64,000 nucleotides of DNA from the NCBI GenBank assembly GCA_002245135.1, contig NGBS01000316.1, positions 1-64,000 of the forward strand. The letters run 5' to 3'. Under the pieces are notes generated by a model, which saw only the letters and a list, made by a program, of their open reading frames with translations, had not been told where the DNA came from and did no database searches. The first letter of the stretch is position 1. Every line of letters starts with the position of its first letter. The translations under genes were made by a program, and so were the position numbers. Positions 9,962 through 23,700 of the stretch are shown here, one piece after another. This stretch comes from Proteromonas lacertae (Eukaryota).

Positions 9962-12752
9962 TTATATTCCGAAATTATCTCTAACAAACACATCCAAACT
10001 CTGACCTCGATTTGTCAAACCTCGTAATGATCGTATATATGATAATAATACAGTAATATCATTATTAATTCTTGATTTACCATCAAAATTCAATATTTCC
10101 TTATCAATCTTACTCAACTGATCTTGAATAATCTTACATATCATTGAAACAATGTCGCTAAATATAGACTATGTAAATAATACAAAAATAATCTAAACAA
10201 TATACAGCCATTTGTGAATCTGGTAATAATTGAATCAATTGTTTATATAATGTTTTCATATTCAATATAATAGAGTTTATAAAATCACTACCATTAGGAT
10301 TTGGTGCTATTTTATTCCATTCAATATACGGAATATCTTTACATAATCTACTAACAATATCCTGCATCATAGTAATAAACTTCTTATTAATGTTATTACG
10401 ATGTTCTTCATAAGCAGCTCCTATTCTATCCAACTCTAGTAAAAGTACATGTTGTTGAATGGGTAGTGATTGAGATAGTATATTCCTAATTGCTGGAATG
10501 CAAAGTAGAAATAAACTTAAAGATTGACTTACTAATGCTAATTGTTTTGCACTAATTTTCTTTAAAGAACCAATTGAAACTGCATTTGCTTCTAAAATCA
10601 TTGATTTTAATTGAGTATTGAAGGTCTATTTCAAATAAAACATATATATATATATATACTGCTAATATATCCATAATTCTATGTAAAATTTCAAATGAAA
10701 TAACTGAGAAATATTCTAAACATTGTAAATAATTACTCAACATTTGTATTAATTCTAATGAACAATTCAACATATTAAATGATAAAGAATTGACTTTTAT
10801 TGTTTTGGCAATACCATAGGAAGTTGGCATTCCATTATTCTCATCAACTTTAATATTTTTATTTGCTTCTTTATTTATATGCAATATTTTATCAATCATT
10901 ATTTGAAATTGTTCACTTACTAACACTTGTTTCCAACTTTCTGATTGTATTATTTGTATTAATGAAGACATTTGTTTTAAATGTAATTTTTCTAAGTAAT
11001 TCTTCAACTATTTATAATTATTATAATGATGATATTTATACAATAGCAATAAGAGAATTCATCAATAACTTTCCTTTAGAATTGAAATAATTTTCACTTT
11101 TAGTAATAAATACCCAACATTCTTTCCATATATATTTCAATTGTTCTAATGTAATATCAGTATTGTCTTGACACTTTATATTCAATAAAAATGTGACATG
11201 TTTTTGAGATTCTGTCCATATAGTTGTCATTATGTAATTACTCAATTTCTCTAAGTTCTTTTGATCATTCACTGACATTGTAATATGAGTTGATTTCTTA
11301 TCATCTCTATTGTTATTGTTATTATTACCACTTCCACTTGTAGTTGATGTTGTTGTTGTTATTGTTTCTTCTTCTTCTGTATGTTCCATTGTTGAAAGTA
11401 AACCAACAATAACATTATGAACATTTGATATAATATCAAAATATTTGTACAAATTATCAAATAATAAAGAAAGTAAACTGTGGAAATCTTTGTAAGGTAA
11501 TTTCTTCAGTGATTCTTCTCTTGATAGATTTGAATTTGGTTTGAGTGAAGCTTGAACTACTGTTCTTGTAATACCAACAATTTCATTAACACATTTCACT
11601 TTATATATTGCTAAAATATCATGTATCTTGTTAATTTGAATAATATTACTAATTAAATATAACAAATCATTCTCTAAATTATCATTCTTTTCATTATTAT
11701 GAAAAATCAAATTGATAAATTGTTCCGATAAAGATTTAGTTATTAGATTATCATAATTTGACAAATGTTCTTCCAATATACTATTCAATATATAAATATA
11801 TTATAATAATTATACGATAAGCACTTTATTCCTCGTAGTATTGTATTGATAATCATTCTTGATTTTGTTATGGTTCTTATCGCTCTGTCATATTTCTTTT
11901 CTACTATCAAATTACCAATTTTTACTTCATAATCTCTTACTTTATCTAAATAAGTAGTCTATTTAAGATAGAAGTGAATAAATACTAAGTATTGAACTCT
12001 CTTTAGATTGACTTGTCTTCGTTTTAAGACAGGAATAATAAATGATTTATAAATCACATTATGTTGCATTGTTTTTAATACTTGTCTAAAGTTTGTTATC
12101 CTTACCATTGTATCATTTATTTTGTTTTCTATTTCATGAACTTCATCCATTGTTTTTAATACATCTTCTGATTTGTAGGATATTATACAAGTAATCATGT
12201 ATTCTACTATATCTAAATAACGATTGTGCTATTTATGTAATATAAATATAAGAATTTATACATCTTTAATGGTTACAGCTTGTGTGTTATTGTTTAATGC
12301 GTTAATAAATTCTTCATTTCTAAAAATATCGAGTTCTGGATCAAAGAAATAGTATGGAACTGTTCCATAACAGCCAAGCAATTTTTCATCCACTATAATC
12401 ATGAAACAAATTCTTATATTTAAAAATACTTTGTCTCTGTGAAGAAGGCATTAAAGAAGCTTGTTTATCTCTTTTATTTTCGTAATTAATCAAGTCTTGG
12501 TAAGGTTCAGTAACAGTATACCTGAAATGACGAAAATTGTTTATATTATAGGGTATAATCATTGGAACAAATGGGACTTCATTTGCATCTATATCTTTGT
12601 CGCTAATAAATAACCATAAAAAGTGATATATACTAATTCTGTTTCTTTGATCTAGGATTTTGCACAACTGACTTTAAATTACAACTAGCGAGATAAGTTT
12701 TGTTTTGTATAATTTCTTTTAAGTGATCTGTTAACGGTGGACATCTAGACAT
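9962..12752 (-). CDS. VPS54: Vacuolar protein sorting 54 (GARP complex subunit), multi-exon
   Basis: LKKISAKQLALVSQSLSLFLLCIPAIR matches the Vps54 C-terminal domain; N-terminal VPYYFFDPELDIF; exons joined by ~30-40 nt GT-AG introns. Confidence 0.85.
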
Positions 12753-12822
12753 TTTGAAAATAGGAAGAAAAGGTTTTGGTGAGATCAAGCCTACAGTTTG
12801 TTTCAAACATTAAACATTTAAA

Positions 12823-14209
12823 ATGCCTAGAAGAGGGTCAAAGAGAGTATTTCTATATAATATTTTGTGATAGGTCAAACATAGAACACATGTAGAAGTT
12901 GATGAAAAAGTTCTAGAGAAAATTCCAAAGAGTTTTGTGATTAGAAAAGGTAAATTGAATGGAGAAGCCCCAGATTTATTGCAGAATTTTCGTATTGTAA
13001 TGTCACCAAATACTGCATTACATTTAAAAGAAAGAAAGTATGTTAATAAGTAATAGTCGATAATCTTCTATAGAAATTCATCAGTAAAAGATTATTTGAA
13101 CGTAGCATCTACATTAGGTGTAACTCATTTAGTAATGTTTACAGAATCATCTTCATCACTTAATTTTCGAATTGGTACAATTCCAAGAGGTCCAACAGTC
13201 TCATTTAAAGTATTAGGATATAGTACATGTCAACAAGTTAGTCATATAGTAAAACATCCATTTGAACCATCTAAAATATCGTTGGCAGCTCCACTTTTGA
13301 TATGTAACAATTTTGATAATACAAGAAAAGAACATCAATTATTATTAGTTACATTGCAGAATATGTTTCCGCCTATTAACGTCAATACAGTGTCACCGAA
13401 TAGTTGTAAACGTGTGGTGTTATTTCAATATAATGTATATTTATTATTATTATTATTATTAGAATGAAACTGATTTATTTGAATTTCGTCATTATGGTAT
13501 AAGAGTTATACCATCAGGGATTAGTAAACCGATTAAAAATATTATACAGAGGGATGGTATACCAATATTAAGTCAAGTTAAAGATATTGCAGAGTATGTA
13601 GATTGGATATATATTTTTATATAGTTTTGTTCTAAATTCAGCTGCAATGTCTGATTCAGAAATTGAAGATAATAATTTCGTTATTCCAGCAACATATGGT
13701 CAAAAGTATTATATATATTTATTATTATTATTATTATCGTATATAGAAATGTATCTAATAAGAATAGTGTAAGATTAACAGAGTTAGGACCAAGAATGAC
13801 ATTACAATTAGCAAAGATAGAAAAAGACTTAATGGGAGGTGATGTACTTTATCATGCATTTGTAACAAAATCTTCAGAACAAGCAGAAGCTGATAAACAG
13901 AGAGTAAAAGAGAGAAAGAGACTGAAGGAAGAAAGAAAGAAAATTCAGAATGAAAATGTGAAAAGAAAGCAGGAGTTGAAATCAGCTAAAAAGAAAGCAA
14001 AGAAGGAAAGATTAGAAGTTAAAAAGAAGTATCTTGAAGATCAATTGACAGGAGGAGCGACAATTGAAGATGATGATGATGTTGAGTATTACAGACAAGA
14101 AGTTGGTGAAGAACCAGATCCAGCTATGCTACAGTCTAAATCTATGAAAAGAAAATATTCAAATAACAAACCAATGGGATGGTCAAGAAAAAGAGTTAAG
14201 AAGCAATAG
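12823..14209 (+). CDS. PPAN: Peter Pan / Ssf1 Brix-domain ribosome biogenesis protein, multi-exon
   Basis: KHRTHV, IPKSFVIRKG, VMSPNTALHLKERK, LGVTHL, PRGPTVSF, QNMFPPINV, FEFRHY, VRLTELGPRMTLQLAKIE motifs. Confidence 0.95.
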
Positions 14210-14417
14210 AAGTGTGTTTAAAAAGGATAGTTTTTTCTTATTTTTGTTGTTATTATGTTATGTGTATTGTGCATCACAAGATTTTATGAAAATTCAAAAT
14301 ATTTGTGTTTCAACACTCAAGCTTTTGCTTGGAGCTCGTCAAGTTTTTATTAGTGTTTACTTAATTTCTCATTCACTACCACATATTTAAGACGTAGAAT
14401 AATAACATTGAATCTAT

Positions 14418-16570
14418 ATGGCATCTCAAGTTGATCCTGATTATAATCAAGAGAACGAAGTAATATCGCCCGAAAGTAACGATGAAAGTGTTTATGATGA
14501 TTTGATGCTGAGTACACAGTATGGAGAAATGCTTTTAGAAGAAAATTCGCATTTACAGGAAGTATATAGTTTTATTTTAAAAATCTAGCATATTAATGAA
14601 TTAGAAGAAGAACTGAGAAATACAATCAGCATAAACGAAGAATTAAAAGCAAGAATTAATGAAACAATTTCCTCACAGGAAAAGTAAATCTTATTTTTTT
14701 ATTTAATAGAAATGAAACCTTTATACAATCTCTAAAAGATAATTTAACATCCACTGAAGATACAATAGAAGAATTAAAAGAAAATATTACACTTCTAGAA
14801 GTATGATTTTTGTAATTATTAACATTTCAATAGTCTGAAAAGCAGATGCTAAAATCCTCATATGAAAACATCAAAATAGAATATAAAGATATAAAATCAC
14901 AGTTTGATAAACTACTGAAAGAATCAGAAAAAGAAAAAGAAGAATATCAAAATACAATTCAAAGATTATCCAATCAAATCACATCTCAAACAAATTCATC
15001 ATCTTCTCCATCATCCTCAGCATCATCCATGGGTTCTGCTACTGATGATATGTCAATATTCACAGTTTCTCCATTAACACCTTATGTTCATACTGATGAA
15101 GAATATGATACTTTATATAGTTTATATACCAAAGTAAATAATGAAAAAAGACAGTTGCATTTACAATGTTTAGATTCAGAGGAACAAATAAAGAAATTAA
15201 ATATTGATTTGGAAGATAGAAATAGAGTTATAGCTGAATATAAGAAAGTAATAGATGATTTAAACGAAGAGAATAATCGAAAAGAATCATATGATGATTA
15301 TAGAAGAGAAAGTAGTAGTGGGAGTAGTTTGAGTGATTTTTTCAGAGTTGATAGTTCAAATAATTATGATAAGAATAATGAAAATAGATCTGTAAGTAGT
15401 GAAAGTGAAAATGATGAAAATGATGATGATGATGATGATGAAAATATAGAAATTGACCTAAGAAGTGGAAAGAATGTTACAGAAACAGATATCTTAATGA
15501 AATCAAGAACATTATCATCTGTTAATTATGAAGATGAAGTTGATGAAGATATGATGATGATGAATAGAATGTCAATAGATCCAATCCTTTATCAAATTGA
15601 TGAAGTGAAAGCTTATTATAATAAAGTAATTTGTTCATTTATTAGAGGTGAAATAGATAAAGAAACACTGGGTACTTTATGTTTAAATTGTGAGAATGAA
15701 CCTGAGTTAAATAAAATATTCTTAAAAGTATCAGAAGGTGTAGAAAATCCAACTCAAGAAATGATCAATAAGACATTTGGTAAATTGAAGAATACTGTTA
15801 CTTCATCATTATTTACTATTTATAAAACAAGTAAAAAGACTATTAGAAGAACTAGAAAATTAGCGTTATTAGGAAAGAAAAGCAAACATCACCACCACCA
15901 TCACCATCATCATCATAAACATAGAGAAAGAAAAGAAAAAGAAAAAGAAAAAGAAAAAGAAAAAGAAAAAGAAAAAGAAAAAGAAAAAGAAAAAGAAAAA
16001 GAAAAAGAAAAAGAAAAAGAAAAAGAAAAAGAAAAAGAAACAACGAAAGAGGGAGAAAAAGATAATGTAAAAGAAATTGTTGATATTAAAGCTAAAGTAA
16101 AAGATGAAGAAATAAATAATAATAATAATACAAGTAATTGTGAAAATGAAACAGTAACTGAAAATGAAGTGAATGATGTATCTCTAGCAAAAGAAGAGCA
16201 GAATAATGAAACAACAGAAACTAATGAAATAGAATCAAAACCAGAAGAACAAGTGAAGGCAGTACATTCTCATGATTCAAGTCCAAAATCTCAAGAAGAT
16301 AATTCAACTATTATAGATAATGAAACAAATGAAAATACTTCAAAGATTGATGAAGAAGTAGAATGTAAAGAAAATAATAATAATAATAATAATAATAGTG
16401 AGAAGAAAAAAGAATCAAAATCTAAGAAACATCATCATCACCATCATCATAAAGACGGTAAGGATAAATCCAAACATAATTCACATAAACAACAACAACT
16501 ACCACCTTCCACAAAACAGATTGTTCAAAACACAGCTCAGTCTGTATTGTCGTGGTTTGTTAAAAAGTAA
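14418..16570 (+). CDS. Coiled-coil protein with N-terminal CC1-box-like motif and His/KE-rich low-complexity tail
   Basis: Exon 1 encodes DLMLSTQYGEMLLEENSHLQE; three short introns join to ORF 14846-16570. Confidence 0.7.
15931..16040 (+). repeat. GAAAAA hexamer microsatellite encoding (KE)n
   Basis: About 18 tandem GAAAAA units in frame within the CDS. Confidence 0.95.
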
Positions 16571-16973
16571 GTGTATATGTGAAATTATTTAAGGTTGTAT
16601 TAAGTATTTTAATAAAAACAATTTTCTATTAAAATTTGTAATATTCTTCTATTTTGTATTGGATTTTTCATCAATAATTAATATATTGTATGTATATTAC
16701 TTTTAATGATGTTAAATAACTAGTTAAGATGAAAAGAAAAGAAAAGTTCTAATTAACTGCTTCTTGCATTTCTGCTCAAAGAATGGAATGTACTATCCAA
16801 AAATAACAAATTTCATATTTCAATGTGATTAGATATGGTATAGCCAGCAAAAATAATCTTTGAGACTTAATTCATCACAAGATCAGAGTCAAGTATACTT
16901 TTCCTATTTGCAAATTACTTTTTAATCTATCATCTGTTGGTATTTGTTCTATTATAATCTGTACAGATAAGCC

Positions 16974-17617
16974 ATGAATACTACTCCAGAAAAACGAAAG
17001 CAAGAAGAAGAACCACCAGAAGATAGTAAAAAGCAGTATAGTTATATCAATGAGTTTGTTCTTATCATTTCTAGAAAATCAAATGAAGAAGTTTGTTGTG
17101 TGCTTATTGACACTGATGGCAAAAATTCAGAAATCCAATTAGACATATCTTTTTGTTGATATACATTTTTGTTCTTTAATTATGCAGCCTAATGATAAAA
17201 AGAAGGTCATGGAAATATTGGGTGGAAATTTTGGTCTTGGTGGATTAGTATTTTCATATTTTTATTAATTTGTAGTTTGTATCAGTTAATGTAACTGTTT
17301 TGATTAACAAAGCACAGGATGGAGAAGAAAATAAAGCAAAATTACCACCACCATTACATGAAGAGAAATTAAAGGGAAAGATACTTTTAGTTAAAACAAA
17401 CGATCAGGCTGATTATGTTGATCTAAAATTAACTGAATGGGATGAATACGTCAAATCAGATCACTCTAAAGAACTTAAACTTTATGAAGAAGGAGAAGAT
17501 GTAGAAGGAGACGAATTTAATTCTGAAGATGATATAGATGATGATGAAGACGAAGATGAAGTGTTTGGAGATGAAGATGATGATGATGAAGAAGAAGAAG
17601 ATGGAGAAGAAGAATAA
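16974..17617 (+). CDS. Small hypothetical protein with acidic C-terminus (four exons, one AT-AG intron)
   Basis: Continuous reading frame after splicing two GT-AG introns and the AT-AG intron 17145-17187; contains LPPPLHEEKLKGKILLVKT and a D/E tail. Confidence 0.75.
17145..17187 (+). other. Predicted U12-type (minor spliceosome) AT-AG intron
   Basis: 5' end ATATCTTT; branch-site-like TTCTTTAAT at 17172-17180; 3' CAG. Removal restores ...IQLD/PNDKKKVMEILGG. Confidence 0.7.
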
Positions 17618-17746
17618 TATAGTTTAAAGCATATTTAGATTTAAAATGTTCAAATCATTTCTATTAGCATTTATGTTGTTTTATTATTGAATATACAAAA
17701 ATTAACAAGAATTAACACCAAATCTATAGAATTAACATTTATTAAC

Positions 17747-20619
17747 CTATTTTTGTTTTCTTACTGGATTTTTGGGTGGTGGTACAAACCATGATGGTAT
17801 ATAATTACTTTTTTTGGAAGATGAACTTTTAGTTTTTGGTGGAGGAATATGAGATTCTTTCTTATCTTCTTCACCAGTTTCATATTTTTCACTGTCTCCT
17901 TCTCCTTCATTTTCATTGAATATATCATCATTTATATTACTTTGTTTAGCTTTATCATCTTTCTTCTTTGACATTCTACCTGGAATCTTACTCTCACTAT
18001 CATATTTTGGTTGAATTGTTGATCCAGATTTTCTATTGTTATTATTATCTTTCACACTTTCAGTCACACTTTCATCTTTTTCACTCTTCTTCGCTGATAT
18101 TTTAGATTGATTCACTTTCGGTGGAGTTGCAAATTTCAAATAATCCATTAAAGGTAAGTATAATGTATTTACAAATCCAACTAAAGATTTCATATCATCA
18201 TACAAAGCTATATCAAAATTATTAATAAATGTCATAATATTAATCTTTGAATTTTCAGTAAAGAAATACTTCAGCAACATTGTCACTTTATTACTTCTAT
18301 AAGGAACTACTTTAGCTTTCTTTTTCATTGCTAATAATACTTCTTTTACTGATGATAAAGATCTTAATACTCTTGGATTTGATGTGTCTTGAGTTGGGCA
18401 ATTGATTATTGTGAATTTGCTATAAACGTATTTCTCATCTGGCTGATTTTCATCATAATTGTACATAAATGGAACATATACTGTAAATATATAATATGAA
18501 GCTGCTTTTGCTCCAACATGACTATTGTAATTTGATGAAGCAATCTTTAGGAATTTTTGATATTCTTCTATTTTCTTTATTGTTAAACATTTGAGATTTG
18601 GAAGTAATACTTCTTTATCATTAAATCTTAATCTCAACTTCTTATTAGTTATTAAATCATAAAAATCATCATTACATATTTGTATACCAGTTAAACGAAC
18701 ATGAGTATTAATACTGCTATTAAGTTGATATGATAATAAAGATGATAAGAAATTCATATCAAAAGGTATAGAATGATTGCTAATAGTATTTTGTAATTTT
18801 GTATTACTTAATCCAATTGAACTTTCACCTGTCCAATTATATTTTGTACCAAATAATAATGTATTCTTTTCACTATGTGGAAATCCAAATGCAATTAAAT
18901 TAACATCTTCACCATTACATAAATGCTGTATATATGTTGGTATTTGATTGTATAACAATTGATTAGAATGAATATCAAAACAATCATCATATTCATATTT
19001 ATTCCACAAACCTTTATTTGTATCAAAGAATTTGATATAACACTCAGCTTTTCCATCTTCATCTTCTTCATTAAACACTTTTAAAAACTCTATTTCTTCA
19101 TTAATGTAAGGATCAGTTAGGATATGCATATATACAGCAAATTGAGGATTTTGTTGTGGTTTTGAAGAAGAAGGAGTACTGAAAGTAGAAAATGGAATAC
19201 TACTATGTGAATGAACTGACATTGGTGTAATAATTCTCTTATTAGTTGTTGATGGTGTATCAAATGATGTATCTATTTCACTTAGATTAGGTGACTTTGT
19301 TTGGAATCTGTGTGGTGTAGATTCTGATACTGCAACAATTCTCTTATTATCTGGTGTGAAGTATTCTTTTGGTTTTCTAATATGATGTTTTTCTGGTGTA
19401 TCAAATGAATTCATTACTGATTCTTCAACTTCTAGGTTTTCATCTTCTACTACTATTTCTTTCACATTTTCTTCATTCTCTTCTTCTTCTTCTTCTTCTT
19501 CTATTTCTTGTTGTAATGGTGTGTGTTGTCCTTCTCGTCCTTCTTCTTCAAGTAGTTGTTGTTCCTGCTGTTGTAATGAATCTTCCTCAAGATTAGAATT
19601 TTCAGTACTATTCATACTCTCTTCATTACTTGATGAAGATGGTTTAAATCCTAAAACACCATAACAAATCTTCTTCTTTCTCTTAACATAACCAACACTA
19701 TCTACTATTTGTGGTGAATATTTGAATTGTCTTTTGTTGTTACTATTCTGGATCATTGAAGATGATAGATTATCTACAACATCTTCATTTTTATTGTTTT
19801 TCTCTTTAGTATTGTCATTTTCATCTTGTTTCTCATTTTCATTTCCTTTATTGCTATTAATACTATCTCCAATCAATCTACTGTCATTTGATGATGCTGA
19901 TGATTTTCTTGGATTATTCAAAGACAATGAATCATTAAATATTGAAGATAATTCTCGATCTACATTTGCATTTGTATTTTCATTTGTTTCAATTTGATCT
20001 TTATTGTTTTCATTATTTGTTTTTGTTTGAGATGCTTGTATTTTTAAATCTGATATTACATCTTTTAAATTTTCAATTTCTTCTCTTTGTTGTTGTTTAA
20101 AATCATCATATTCAGATGATAGTATTATATTCTTTTCCATTTCATTGTCTAAGTCAGACTGCAATGATTCAACCTTTGCATCTAGTTGTCTTATTTTACT
20201 CTCATATTGATCTTTCTCATTATCATATTTGGCTGTAAGCTTTTTGTAGTTTGTTTCAAGATTTGACACCTTTTCAATATGTTTCTACATTACATAACAT
20301 ATTGTGAATAAATACCTGTAATTTATCAACTTTATTGCACAATTCAAAGTTCTCTTGCTTTAAATACTGAACTTGTCTGTTAGATTTTTCTAAATTCTCA
20401 GAACACTCTTTTAAAGTAGCTTCCAACTATTAATTATAGAAATAGATATAATCTTGTGTGTACATCTTGATTTAATTCTTCTAACCCTTTTATATATGTC
20501 GTATTATCACTCAATTGTTGATTGGATTCATTCTAAAGGGATAAAATGAGATTAAATACTTTAAACTTTTCAAACTGTTCTTCCAAAGATTTGTACATGG
20601 ACTCAAAGTCTTGAGACAT
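17747..20619 (-). CDS. Coiled-coil protein with divergent C-terminal kinesin motor-like domain
   Basis: YEYDDCF, NGEDVNLIAFG, IQICNDDFYDL, VPYRSNKVTMLLKYFF...KINIMTFI kinesin elements; N-terminal coiled coil in three small exons. Confidence 0.8.
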
Positions 20620-20785
20620 TTTAATAAAGGATTTAGATGACTATATTCTATATAGCACAAACAAAAATCAAATATTAACTGTCAATCCAAAAAAGTAATT
20701 TTCATTAACCCAATTTGATTTTTTCCTTCAAACCACACAAACAAGTAAATAATAATAAAAAAATATATAATAAGTTTAAATCAAT

Positions 20786-23700
20786 TTATTCTAACTTCAT
20801 AAACACTCTTGGTTTTCTCATCAAATTATAATCTCCCTTCAAATTCTCTTTTATTAGATTCTGCATAGTATTATCAAATATATCAAACAATAATGATTGA
20901 CACAATGGGTCACACAATGCAGTAGGTGTATCAGTTGGCCTAATTGTTGTACGAGGTGTTTTATTCATTGGAGTTGGTTTTTCTGTTGAGAATTGTAAAT
21001 AAGTTTCAGCTTTAGGTTTCACTCTATGTTCGTAAGTGTATAATAATTGAGAATCATTGACAATTTCCATCAATGTTGATGATAATAACTCATTAGCAAT
21101 ACTTCTACAACTATCACTCACTTGTTGTAATTCTGTTAATTGTTTTATTGTGGATGAACCTGGTCTTGAAGCAATAATTGGTTGTGAACTATTCTTTGTT
21201 TTATCTTCATTGTAATACTTCTCAATTGATTCATATTCACCTTCATTATATTCAACTAAGGCTTGAGGATTCCAAACCTCATAAATTACTTTTACATATA
21301 ATGTTTGATATCTTGTCAAGGCATTTGGATCATATACATACATCTGTGAATCACTAGATGAATTGAAATCTTTAATTTGTGCTCTTTCATACTGAATTTG
21401 TGTTTGATTCATTAATAACTGTGCTTTGATTGTTTTATCTTTCATTAAAGCCTCTTGTCTTAGTAATATACTTTTTGTTGTTTTATTTACTACACTTTCA
21501 TGTTTTGGTCGAGTTATTGGCTTGGATTTATCATTACTAGTATCTTTAATTACATTACAAGTCAAATTCTGTATTAAATGACTATAATTACCCATTCCTT
21601 TGAATGTAACAGTTAATATAGAAAATTGACCAGGTTGAATCGTTCCATTCATTGGAGTTAAACTTAAGGCTTCATATGGTAATAAATTAGTTCCCATTTC
21701 CCATTGAAATTGTACAGCATTATTCTTACAATTATTAGCCATTATCACTATATGCCTCATTATACCACCCACTGGAACTTTTCCTAAATTAATAATACTG
21801 GTGGAAAGTGTAATTAAATCATTTACTAACTCAAACTGTGGTTTGATTGGTGCTTCATACCAATTTGGATCTTTTAGACTACGATGAACACTTGGAATAA
21901 TTCCATTTCCATCTAATGTCAATTCTAATATTTGATTCTCTTGATTTTCACTTTCTATTCCATGCCATTGAATTGGTACTTTTAATTTATAATTCTTCGC
22001 TTCTAATGGATGGAATAGTATTGACAATGGGTAATAAGAATGAGCAGAAACAACACCTTCTTTATTCTCAATATTATAAACATACTGATTATAATTCTCA
22101 TTTGCAAAGTCTTTAAATACTTCAGAATCTATAGTATATTGTATATTACAATGACTCGAGTTGTACAAATAATACACTTGTCTGTTAGGATCCATTTGAC
22201 CAATAGGAATTGGATATAATGAAAAGAGTTTATTATCTACGAATAACATAGATTCATTATTACTCAAAGTATGTCCATGCAGCCATATTCTCACTTGTTT
22301 TCCATCTCTTAAGTATAAAACAACAGGTAAATCATGTTTACCATCAAAATCTAATGATATAAATCTATAAGTGAATTTAATTATAACACTTTCATCTGGT
22401 TTTAATGTTCCTTGTCTTGGTTTAATATCAAATAATTGTTTGTCAATGATTAAATTCTCCATTTGTTCTTTTGGTGTTGGTTCAGCACCATCATCCCAAT
22501 TCTCTAATTCTACACTTACTTCATTAGGTAATTTTAAATGATAACTTAATGGAATATCGCCATAATTGTGAAATAAAACACTAATAACTATTGGATCAGA
22601 ATTGATTGGAGATGGATCAAATGTAAAGTTAAATTCTTTTAATGCTAATGTAGTTTGTGCTAAACCTTTAGTGTTATTATTATCAATATCAAAACTAGTT
22701 AATAGTTTACTCATCTCAGTGTTAAACGGTAATATTTCAAATGAATTCCATAATCTATATGTTGGAATAACTCCACATCTTATATCTTGTATTTCTAATA
22801 AAGGTACTGTGCATTTACCGACTAAGTAACATATTGAACCTTCACCATTATCTGTATTCTCTTCATTATTTTCATTGTTGTTATTATTATCTCCCATATC
22901 AATTTTCCATGATATTTTATACTTATATTCTCTCTGAATCACTGGTTTAAATGTTATTTCTACTGTAATAGTGGATCTTGCTTCAATAAATCCTCTAGTT
23001 GGGTTTAATAATATCTCTGGAGTATCTTTACGGTTTATTCCCATTATCATTCTCTCTTCATCACCAGTTGGAATATATTCTTCTTCATCATTAGGTGTAA
23101 CTGATAATATATAATTCAATCCACAATCTGATGTATTACATAATGATATTTTCTTATGAGTTGTACCATTTAATACAACAGGACCTAAATCACAGTTGAC
23201 TGGTTCAAATTGTAATGCACCAGTACTTCCTTCACCTAATATCACAATAGTTTGATTCTGCCTTGAGTTTGTTTGGAAATTGATATTACTAATTGTACAA
23301 TCGACTATTCCACTGTATTTCTTCATTTCTTTGGGTGTAAATATCCAAGGTATTTCAATTGTATCATTTCCTTGAATAATTAATTCTTTTTCTTTTAATG
23401 TAATGATATTATCTAATCTTTTAGGTATTGATAATTGTAATAGAATTGGTATTCTTGAAGTATTATGAATTTCCATCTTCTTTTCACTAGATAATCCAAT
23501 ATAAGTCGGTTTAAAATAAATCTCTTTGTCATCACTAAATTCAACAGATGGTAATGCACCTAAACCTCTTATACTATAAGTTACTGAGAAATTCTCTTCT
23601 CTGTTGAATAATACATGGGCTAAGGTATTATATCCAATATCTTCAGCAGGACTAAATGAGAATAAAAATATTTGAAATTCACCTGCAGGGATCAAACCAT

